From: Calditrichaceae bacterium
GTDB taxonomy: Bacteria; Calditrichota; Calditrichia; Calditrichales; JBFXGD01
Assembly: GCA_050173015.1 (NCBI GenBank)
Contig: JBFXLE010000029.1
Coordinates: forward strand, 1-43,650
Reading direction: 5' to 3'
Length of the DNA stretch: 43,650 nt
Shown: positions 1 to 8,244 of the stretch, piece after piece
Numbering within the stretch: the first letter of the stretch is position 1
Layout: each line of letters opens with the position of its first letter
Position numbers and translations under genes: made by a program
Notes under the pieces: generated by a model
Told to the model about the DNA's origin: nothing
Database searches by the model: none
Seen by the model: only the letters and a program-made list of their open reading frames with translations

Positions 1-221
1 CAGATTCAAATAGTTGCTTTTTCCATTTGTACAACATGTTAGGGTTGATATGATACCGACGAGATAGCTCGCTCAACGGAACCTGGTTTTCCAAATGTTC
101 ACGTAGGATTTCAACTTTCTTTTCTGCCGAATAACTCGTGCGTTGTTTGGACATGATAGACTCCTTTTTAATTAGTTAAACTTAAACTAGTATGGAGTCC
201 ATTTCCAACTGATTCAATACA
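1..221 (-). mobile_element. IS3-family insertion sequence, left end (truncated by window edge)
   Basis: Minus strand begins TGTATTGAATCAGTTGGAAATGGACTCC at 221 (5'-TG end typical of IS3 family), followed by an AGGAG RBS and an HTH-type OrfA; the sequence switches abruptly to the tandem repeat at 222. Confidence 0.8.
2..154 (-). CDS. IS3-family transposase OrfA (HTH), partial
   Basis: Manual translation from ATG at 154: MSKQRTSYSAEKKVEILREHLENQVPLSELSRRYHINPNMLYKWKKQLFES, an HTH_Tnp_1-like pattern; not in the ORF track because it runs off the window. Confidence 0.85.
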   Translation of the reverse strand, partial: MSKQRTSYSAEKKVEILREHLENQVPLSELSRRYHINPNMLYKWKKQLFES

Positions 222-1281
222 GGCACCTTTACTCTTAACTCTTAACTCTTTTCTCTTAACGCTCTTAAATTCTTACTTCCTACTTCCTACTTCCTACTTC
301 TTACTTTTCTTCGCTTCCCAAGCCAGCAGAAGATCCTTCCAGGATGACCGATTTGTGAGTGTCATCGGACAACTCAAATATGTCCCGTATGTCACTCGGG
401 CACCTTTACTCTTAACTCTTTTCTCTTAACGCTCTTAAATTCTTACTTCCTACTTCCTACTTCTTACTTTTCTTATCTTCCCAAGCCAGCAGAAGATCCT
501 TCCAGGATGACCGATTTGTGAGTATCATCGGGCAACTCAAATATGTCCTGAATGTCACTCGTGCACCTTTACTCTTAACTCTTAACTCTTTTCTCTTAAC
601 GCTCTTAAATTCTTACTTCCTACTTCCTACTTCCTACTTCTTACTTTTCTTCGCTTCCCAAGCCAGCAGAAGATCCTTCCAGGATGACCGATTTGTGAGT
701 GTCATCGGACAACTCAAATATGTCCCGTATGTCACTCGGGCACCTTTACTCTTAACTCTTTTCTCTTAACGCTCTTAAATTCTTACTTCCTACTTCCTAC
801 TTCCTACTTCTTACTTTTCTTATCTTCCCAAGCCAGCAGAAGATCCCTCCTGGATGACCGATTAGTGAGTGTCATCGGACAACTCAAATATGTCCTGAAT
901 GTCACTCGGGCACCTTTACTCTTAACTCTTAACTCTTTTCTCTTAACGCTCTTAAATTCTTACTTCCTACTTCCTACTTCTTACTTTTCTTATCTTCCCA
1001 AGCCAGCAGAAGATCCCTCCTGGATGACCGATTTGTGAGTGTCATCGGGCACCTTTACTCTTAACTCTTTTCACTTAACGCTCTTAAATTCTTACTTCCT
1101 ACTTCCTACTTCTTACTTTTCTTATCTTCCCAAGCCAGCAGAAGATCCCTCCTGGATGACCGATTTGTGAGTGTCATCGGACAACTCAAATATGTCCCGT
1201 ATGTCACTCGGGCACCTTTACTCTTAACTCTTAACTCTTTTCTCTTAACGCTCTTAAATTCTTACTTCCTACTTCCTACTT
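222..1281. repeat. Tandem array of ~170-bp units (6 units plus a partial 7th), each a heptamer tract plus a structured core
   Basis: Units start at 222, 399, 562, 739, 909, 1048, 1211 (lengths 177, 163, 177, 170, 139, 163). Lengths differ by copy number of CTCTTAA (1-2) and CTTCCTA (2-3); unit 5 has a 31-bp deletion. Confidence 0.97.
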
Positions 1282-2035
1282 CTCCCAACGCGTATCTAAA
1301 TATCCGCGCCAGCAAAAAATCTCCCCCGATTATTTCTTTATACGACATTGTCTTCAATCTGTCATGCATCATTTTATTATAGAGCATCACGCCAATGGTG
1401 GAATCGTCAACATAATCCGATGGATATTTGTCTGATGAGAAAAAGGTTTCCCATTCGTTCCATTCGAGCGGGGCGAATGTTTTAAACGGATGATGATAAT
1501 AAGGATAATTTTCCGAAAAAGGCCAGAGGATGTCATAACCGATACCGGACCAGGGGTAGGTGTACTGAAATTTCAGATGACGCGGCGAAAATGATTTTTT
1601 AACAGAGTCGTAGATGGTTTTATCCATTTTTTCAATCCATTGACCGATGAGCGGACTCCCTTTCCGGGATGCCATAAACCAGATGGAGGGATGTCCTTTT
1701 TCCTTGCCGCAGCCCACAAAATCATATTTTTCAATAAATGGATCCACGGCGTCCGATATGCTTTTTAACAGGATGGCATCACTGTCGAGCCATATGCCCC
1801 CGTATTCATAAAGCAATCGCGCCCGGATATAATCGGCTTTGTGCGCCAATTTCTCTGTTTTTTGAATGATATCGGGGATTGTAATATAATCCTGAACGGA
1901 TTTTTCATCGAGTAGGATAAGCTCTGTGGCCCCTCTGTTTTTCCTTATTGTTTCCAAACAAAGATTCAAATATTCCGGTTTGGACGATCCTTTTTTGTTT
2001 TCCCAATACATCCAGGTTTCCAATTTATTCTCCAT
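1262..2035 (-). CDS. Capsular polysaccharide synthesis protein / GT32-like DXD glycosyltransferase
   Basis: Motifs WMYWE, ADYIRARLLYEYGGIWLDSD (DXD), WFMASRKGSPLI; ATG at 2035 preferred over the track start at 2047. Confidence 0.85.
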   Translation of the reverse strand: MENKLETWMYWENKKGSSKPEYLNLCLETIRKNRGATELILLDEKSVQDYITIPDIIQKTEKLAHKADYIRARLLYEYGGIWLDSDAILLKSISDAVDPFIEKYDFVGCGKEKGHPSIWFMASRKGSPLIGQWIEKMDKTIYDSVKKSFSPRHLKFQYTYPWSGIGYDILWPFSENYPYYHHPFKTFAPLEWNEWETFFSSDKYPSDYVDDSTIGVMLYNKMMHDRLKTMSYKEIIGGDFLLARIFRYALGEVGSRK

Positions 2036-2280
2036 TAGAATTATCAAACGTGAATAAAATGAGCAACTTCATGATAATCATGCGTAAATATATTATTTGT
2101 TTGTAAGAATACGGTCATAATTAGACGAAATGAAATTACTATTCTATAAATATCTATGCAAGAAGAATAATGCAAAAATTTAAAAATTATTGATAAAAGT
2201 TTAAAATTTAAAACTATGTATTAAAACCAGGTAAATCAAAATAAATTTACAATTTATCTGGAAATAGTTTAATCTAAATT

Positions 2281-2326
2281 AAACATCGTCTATATTCTGT
2301 TGTGCCGAACAATATAGACGATGTTT
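2281..2326 (-). terminator. 16-bp-stem hairpin downstream of the PLAT gene
   Basis: AAACATCGTCTATATT (2281-2296) and AATATAGACGATGTTT (2311-2326) form a perfect inverted repeat just after the stop at 2340; U-tract is weak. Confidence 0.65.
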
Positions 2327-2339
2327 TGTTCTTTATCAA

Positions 2340-3470
2340 TTAATAAATTACTCCATTCCACTCAATATTTGTTTTTAGATTGGGATCCGTCCAATAATAG
2401 CCTCCGTCATCACCGATCTGTACATCTAAATTGTCTCTATAATATACAATCTTATCATTCATTAGGACGACCACAGTTCTAAATGTCCAATCATCGGCAC
2501 TAGGCAAATAAAACTGAACCTGGTTATTATCACCGATAAAACCACCAGAAGTAATTCCAGGAAAATATTCTGTGCGTCCTATAACAAAATCATCAAAAGT
2601 TGTATCTAACAGATAATAAGATCCAGCCTTTAATTTTATATACACGCGTGAGTCCGTACCGGAATGTGATAAATTACTTGTGGTAGTAATAACTTCTAGT
2701 TTATTTAAATAATCAGTCTCGTTAAGTTTTTTGACTTCACCTGGTCCCAAAAATTCTATATTTTCTGTTATACTATAACTTCTACTCGGGATATCATCTT
2801 GATCAAGCCAATGATAAATATTCATATTGCTAAAAACAACAAAAGTCCTATTAATTATTATTATTGCTCCTTTAACTTTCCAGCCATCTGTACTTGCATT
2901 AGTGAGTTGGAATCTCGTTAAATCTTTTATTTTATATTGATGATTTTCGGGGGATAGACTAAACCTATCTGCTCTATTTCTTTCATAATCATCAAATTGA
3001 GTATCTATCTGCTTGCCATAAAGCCCTAGATCATTTGTCAACAATGGGACATCATTTGTTCCATACATTTGAAAATAAATTTTACCATCAGTATCTGCCC
3101 AAGGATCACTAGAGGTAATAACTATGAGATCGATTCTATCTATTGTTGTGTTTTCGCGATCCAAATAGCTAACAGTTTCAACTGAAAATATTTTATCTAA
3201 TTCCAAATTATCTATTGAATTGCCAATTGTTTCATATTTTCCATAAAATATTGCATCATCCTCATTAATATTATAATTAGATTTGAAATAAATGATGCTG
3301 TCGATTTCAACGTTTTGCCATCTGTCAATTGGTATTTGTTCTTTCAAATCTTCATATGTAATATTTTCGGATTTATTTAAATCATTTGAATCATAATCAG
3401 TAGACGATAATGAACAAGAACTTATTAAATAAAATGTAAAAAGTAGTGAAAATATTAATATATTTTTCAT
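2340..3470 (-). CDS. Lipoprotein with two PLAT/LH2-like domains
   Basis: Lipobox LISSC after a hydrophobic leader; two repeats of the PLAT pattern (VITSSDPWADTDGKIYFQMYG..DYERNRADRF..DGWKVK and ITTTSNLSHSGTDSRVYIKL..DFVIGRTEYF..DDWTFR); GAGG RBS before ATG 3470; AT-rich. Confidence 0.7.
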   Translation of the reverse strand: MKNILIFSLLFTFYLISSCSLSSTDYDSNDLNKSENITYEDLKEQIPIDRWQNVEIDSIIYFKSNYNINEDDAIFYGKYETIGNSIDNLELDKIFSVETVSYLDRENTTIDRIDLIVITSSDPWADTDGKIYFQMYGTNDVPLLTNDLGLYGKQIDTQFDDYERNRADRFSLSPENHQYKIKDLTRFQLTNASTDGWKVKGAIIIINRTFVVFSNMNIYHWLDQDDIPSRSYSITENIEFLGPGEVKKLNETDYLNKLEVITTTSNLSHSGTDSRVYIKLKAGSYYLLDTTFDDFVIGRTEYFPGITSGGFIGDNNQVQFYLPSADDWTFRTVVVLMNDKIVYYRDNLDVQIGDDGGYYWTDPNLKTNIEWNGVIY

Positions 3471-3910
3471 TTTAGCCTCTCTCAATTTAAATAATATATG
3501 GTGTAATTTTTGTTAAGACTTATCAGACAATTCTTAAGGTGCCCTAATGCTCATTCTATATTGAATCTGTTGGCCCATTGCATCTTGCATTCTCAATGTT
3601 CTATCTCCGGTCTTGTTGGAATTTAAGACAAATTTTGTACTATGTAATTATGATAAACTTGTCAGAGAAAATTACTATCTGTAATAGGACAATCTTTCTG
3701 TATGTGTTTTTAATTGACATTTGGATGATGCAATATATATCTATAATGAATTAGAATATTTTATAAACTAGACTTCTATAGAGATAATTGAATTGTATTG
3801 AATCTTATATTTGCTAAAATTATTCTGATTCAAAATTAACCGGTAAAAAATTCGAATTCAATAATAAATACTTTTTTTTAGATATATTTTTTACATTCTT
3901 AACGCCATAT

Positions 3911-4279
3911 TTACGTTTGTGATATTAATTCCTCAAGCTCCTTCAGTGATTTACCGATGTTCTTACGGTTGACAATCCTTTTCTTTAGATAATTTTGCTG
4001 ATTCAGCTCTTTGACAAGGCTTTTATCCGCTCTGAATCTGATCTGAATGGTGCCGTCCAGTTTGATGGTTGGAGTAAAGATTCCGATTCCTTCGAGCCTG
4101 AGCGGTACACCATCTTCCAGGTAGTGGAGAAGACAATCCCGCAACTGATAAATCATAGCCACGATATCACTGGCCACCAATCCGGACGACCCAACGATAT
4201 ACCTGATAAGGTCTCTCTGCTCAACCGGGCTTTTAAGTTTGATCCGCGGTAATTGTGGATTTACATCTGTCATGGCCAT
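3911..4279 (-). CDS. HU/IHF-like (histone-like) DNA-binding protein
   Basis: 122 aa basic protein with LEDGVPLRLEGIGIFTPTI and IRFRADKSL, matching the HU-fold G..V.L.G.G.F pattern. Confidence 0.8.
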   Translation of the reverse strand: MAMTDVNPQLPRIKLKSPVEQRDLIRYIVGSSGLVASDIVAMIYQLRDCLLHYLEDGVPLRLEGIGIFTPTIKLDGTIQIRFRADKSLVKELNQQNYLKKRIVNRKNIGKSLKELEELISQT

Positions 4280-4379
4280 AGTATTGTCCTTTCATCCTTG
4301 TGATAGATTGATCTGATGCGCGTCATCCGGTAAAATGATGCTGAAGATTAGGCTAAATGATGCTGATTGTTTAGAATTT

Positions 4380-4484
4380 TCTCGTCGGGATAAAAAATTA
4401 TCTCGCCGAAAAAAAATACTATCCCGGTGAGAAAAAATATTTTCTTATTGAGATAATAAATTATCCCAGTGAAATAACTTATAA
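4380..4484. repeat. Five degenerate 21-bp tandem units with palindromic core TCYC-NNN-GAGA
   Basis: Units at 4380, 4401, 4422, 4443, 4464: tctcgtcgggataaaaaatta / tctcgccgaaaaaaaatacta / tcccggtgagaaaaaatattt / tcttattgagataataaatta / tcccagtgaaataacttataa. Confidence 0.75.
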
Positions 4485-5372
4485 AGTTCCGCGTCATTTC
4501 GCACTTTCACCAGCATGATTTATCGCTGAGACGAGCATCATTTTTAGAAAATTTTGTCATTAGACGCGTCCGGTATAATACTTATATTCCTGAAAGCCAT
4601 ATTTAGCTGACATAGCCGATGCCATCAATAGGATGTATCTTAGCCTTTAATTCCCCGAAATTATTATTTTGCGAAGATAGTATTGTATGAATTTAACCGA
4701 TCTATACAGGCCTGATGATATGATAATTTAAAAATAAATGATGACAATTCAAGAAAAAAGTGGCTAACGGTAGGTTGGCATGTCGGCGGAGTAAAAAAAA
4801 TTGAGCTTAGACAAAATCCGGCTTGAATCTTAAATTTTTGTTCTTATATTAAAAACGTTTTGAATTTAATACATGGCGTAATCTTTGAATTAATTGGGGC
4901 ACAATTAAATATAAATTACGTTATTTTTAATCGCGCGTTTTCGCGCTCCGGAATGGCGGTCCCCCCCGGCCGCGAAATGGTGGTTTACATTTCCCGGAGC
5001 GTGTTTATTGTAAACTCCCGCGGGTTTTGACTGATCTATCCGCAAGATACACACACAGATCTGCTGCTCTCCCGATATTCACTTTTTTATAGTAAATTCT
5101 GTCCGTCGTGGTGATTGGGCGTCCACGCATAGTCATCAGGATTACAAAAAACTCGTCAGCTATTCACCGTTTAGTTATTGAGCAATAAATTCTTGAGTTT
5201 GCGGTCAAATTATGATAAATTCCTACCGGTTATTTAATAAAGTAATACCGTTTTAATCCGTAAGGCCGAAAAGACTTTTACCGGATCGGTTATTCCTGAT
5301 TGAGAAATTCAAGGGAGTAATTAGGTGGAATTGGCCGGATGACCGCGGCCATCAAACAGGAAGTTTATCTGA

Positions 5373-5798
5373 ATGAAGATGACAAAGAAGATACTGCAAA
5401 CCTGGTTAAGCGTACTTATTCTGATTCAAACCAGTTTGCTGCAGATTGCTCTTCCTGAGCTGGTGATTTGTTTCGGTGAAGACGGCCATGTGGCCATTGA
5501 AAGAGATGATCGCCCGGATTGCGGTCACCCTCTGAACGCCACGGAGGAAGTCGCGCTAACCGGCAAATATGATGATCAGCACCATTTTGGCTGCACGGAT
5601 CTCTCGCTGGATTTGCTTAACGGAACTCCGCTGACGAAAACCAAACAAAATCACTCTGACGCGCAGGCAACAATACACTTTTATACCGTCCTGAACTTCG
5701 ACGCGCTTCAAAAATATGATCTGACCGGGTTCACGCAACCAGTGTCATTTGAGCATCCAATATTAAATTCCATCCGGGCAACCACCCTGCTTATTTGA
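5373..5798 (+). CDS. Small exported Cys/His-containing protein preceding the czc operon (CzcI-like position)
   Basis: Signal/TM segment, VICFGEDGHVAIE, CGH and HHFGCTD motifs, C-terminal IRATTLLI; immediately upstream of the TolC gene. Confidence 0.6.
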   Translation: MKMTKKILQTWLSVLILIQTSLLQIALPELVICFGEDGHVAIERDDRPDCGHPLNATEEVALTGKYDDQHHFGCTDLSLDLLNGTPLTKTKQNHSDAQATIHFYTVLNFDALQKYDLTGFTQPVSFEHPILNSIRATTLLI

Positions 5799-5937
5799 TA
5801 TCCTAAAACATACCTCGCTAGTTAAATCAATTATTCCTGTCCGGCTTTACAATAAGGCTTGAAGGACCGGAATGTTCAATATTTCAATCTGTTATTGTCA
5901 TGATTTCATCATGTCGATCATTTTGTATGAGGAGACT

Positions 5938-7260
5938 ATGAATAGAAAAAGGATTTTTATGCTCGCGCTGACAGGTGTGTGCATCCTGTTGCTTATCGGG
6001 AACGCGATGGCGCAATCAGATTTACAAAACCATAGAATAAATTCAGCGGATCCGACGGCGGCGAATAAAATACTCGCCTACGGGGAGGCCGTAAAGATGG
6101 CTTTGGAAAATCATCCGGAATTGGCTGCCCTGGAAAAGGAAATTCGCGCCAGGCAAGCCCATACCGTTCAGGAGGGAGTCTGGCCAAATCCGGTCCTGGA
6201 TATGGAACTGGAAAACTTCGCCGGCAGCGGCGCGCTTGATGGAGTGGATGAATCGGAACTGACGATTAGCGCCGGGCAATTAATCGAGCTTGGCGGCAAA
6301 CGCTCAAAACGAAGAAGTATCGCGGTTCTGGAAAGCCGGATGGCCGAAGCAGAATTACAAATCAAAAAGCTGGAGATCATGACTCAGGTCAAAAGAGCGT
6401 ATATTTCCGTGCTTCATGTTCAGAACAGAAAAGAGCTGCGTGAAAACGCGCTTGATCTGTCGCAAAAAATGCTTGGAGCGGTCACTACGCGTGTGGAAGC
6501 TGGAAATTTATCCCGGGCGGAAATACACCGGGCCAACGTCCAACTGGCCGAATCCAAGGTTCAACTGGAGCGCGTTAACCGTCAGTTGCTAACGGCGAGA
6601 ATTAATCTCGCGTTGGCCGTAGGAGTAAATTCTCTTAACGGATACAATTTCGCCGCTGATACGGGACACATTCCGAAACTTCCGGATTTCGCTTTACTGG
6701 ACAGCCAGCTCCGGCAAAATCCGCGTTTTTTATTAGCGGGAATAGAGAATCAGAGAAGGCAGAAGATAGTGGAACTGGAGAAGGCCAATCGATTGCCTGA
6801 TCCCACTTTGGCTGTCGGTTACCGCCGTTTAAATGAATTAGATGACAATGCGTTTTTGGCCGGACTGAGTATTCCGCTGCCCTTATCAGACCGTAATCAG
6901 GGTGCCAGGGAAGAGGCGGTTATTCGCAGGGGGATAGCCGAGGATGAACAAAGAAATCTCTCCCTGCGCATGGAAGCGCGTCTGAATGAATTTTATATAC
7001 AGGCCGAAGGTCTGCGGAACGAATTAAATATACTGGAGACACAGACACTGCCCGGCGCGAATCAGGCATTTGAAATCATGGGCGAGAGATACGGACAAGG
7101 CAGATCATCCTATCTTGAAGTGCTGGACGCGCAGCGCACACTCATTGATAACCGGGAAAACTATTTGCAGGATCTGACAGAATATTATCTGATTCTGAGT
7201 GAACTCGAACAATTGACCGGTCAGACCATTCTCACATTTCATCAAACCATATCGAATTAA
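5938..7260 (+). CDS. czcC: TolC-family outer-membrane efflux protein (CzcC-like)
   Basis: WPNPVL, QLIELGGKRSKR, GLSIPLPLSDRNQG, SYLEVLDAQR motifs; GAGGAG RBS before ATG 5938. Confidence 0.9.
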   Translation: MNRKRIFMLALTGVCILLLIGNAMAQSDLQNHRINSADPTAANKILAYGEAVKMALENHPELAALEKEIRARQAHTVQEGVWPNPVLDMELENFAGSGALDGVDESELTISAGQLIELGGKRSKRRSIAVLESRMAEAELQIKKLEIMTQVKRAYISVLHVQNRKELRENALDLSQKMLGAVTTRVEAGNLSRAEIHRANVQLAESKVQLERVNRQLLTARINLALAVGVNSLNGYNFAADTGHIPKLPDFALLDSQLRQNPRFLLAGIENQRRQKIVELEKANRLPDPTLAVGYRRLNELDDNAFLAGLSIPLPLSDRNQGAREEAVIRRGIAEDEQRNLSLRMEARLNEFYIQAEGLRNELNILETQTLPGANQAFEIMGERYGQGRSSYLEVLDAQRTLIDNRENYLQDLTEYYLILSELEQLTGQTILTFHQTISN

Positions 7261-7275
7261 GAGGAAACATTAAGG

Positions 7276-8229
7276 ATGAACTACATAAAAATATTATTAA
7301 TAACGGCGCTTGTCATCATCGGACTCATCATCGCGGGCTGCGGAGCGATCGAACAGGAAAAACACGAAACGAATCTCGCGGAGCATGATGAATCGGCTCA
7401 TGGCGAAGAAATTGTGCGGCTAAATGACGAGGAATTGTCTGAATTTGGTATCGAAGTATCCATTGCCGGTCCGGGTAAACTTGAACGATACGCCAATCTG
7501 ACGGGAGAAATTGTTATCGATCCTGAACGCCTGGCCCATCTGCATCCGCGTTTTCCGGGTCTGGTAAAGCGCGTCAATAAAAAGATTGGTGACCGCGTGA
7601 ATAAAGGCGAAGTACTGGCGGTGATTGAAGGGAATGAAAGCCTGGCTCCCTATGAGCTCAAATCCTTGTTAGACGGCACGGTCATCGATATGCATCTGAC
7701 GCCCGGCGAAGTGGTGGATGACGGAATTCATAATATCATTATAGCCGATTTGAGCAAAGTCTGGGCAAATTTAAGCATTTATCAAAAAGACCTCGGGAAT
7801 ATCCGCGCGGGACAAAAAGTGTATATCTCCGCCGGTCCGAATACGGAAGAAACGATCGGGAAGATTTCCTATATCAGCCCGGTCGTTGATGAGCGGACCC
7901 GCACGGCGACGGCGCGGGTAGTTCTTGAAAATCCATCGGGTAACTGGCGTCCGGGTTTGTTTGTGAATGCCCGAGTGATCACCGGGGATGAAACGGTGCC
8001 GATCCATGTTCCCAAAACCGCGCTGGAAAAATTTGAAAATCAAACTGTGATTTTTATACGCGATGAAGACGGATTTGAGCCACGGCCGGTTACTATCGGA
8101 CGGACAAACACCACGACGGTAGAGATTACCGCCGGAATTCAGGCGGGACAATCCTATGTTTCCGCGGGGGGATTTCATCTGAAGGCAGAGCTGCAAAAGG
8201 ATGCTTTTGGTGACGGACACGGACATTAA
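7276..8229 (+). CDS. czcB: RND periplasmic adaptor (CzcB-like), lipoprotein
   Basis: Lipobox IAGC, His/Glu-rich N-terminus, ADLSKVWA, ISPVVDERTRTATARV, WRPGLFV, C-terminal GDGHGH. Confidence 0.9.
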   Translation: MNYIKILLITALVIIGLIIAGCGAIEQEKHETNLAEHDESAHGEEIVRLNDEELSEFGIEVSIAGPGKLERYANLTGEIVIDPERLAHLHPRFPGLVKRVNKKIGDRVNKGEVLAVIEGNESLAPYELKSLLDGTVIDMHLTPGEVVDDGIHNIIIADLSKVWANLSIYQKDLGNIRAGQKVYISAGPNTEETIGKISYISPVVDERTRTATARVVLENPSGNWRPGLFVNARVITGDETVPIHVPKTALEKFENQTVIFIRDEDGFEPRPVTIGRTNTTTVEITAGIQAGQSYVSAGGFHLKAELQKDAFGDGHGH

Positions 8230-8244
8230 AAAAGGATTTGGAAA

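Noticed and set aside
222-1281. CRISPR array
   Set aside because: Whole units repeat with no unique spacers, and there are no cas genes in the window.
518-1382. ORFs 518..769 and 1167..1382
   Set aside because: They are translations of the repeat unit, have no RBS, and their frames depend on heptamer copy number.
4758-4800. GGCTAAC as a possible integron attC end
   Set aside because: No complementary GTTRRRY-ended dyad was found and there is no integrase nearby.
5240-5372. NiCo or c-di-GMP riboswitch ahead of the czc operon
   Set aside because: Hairpins are present but I could not identify the conserved consensus nucleotides.
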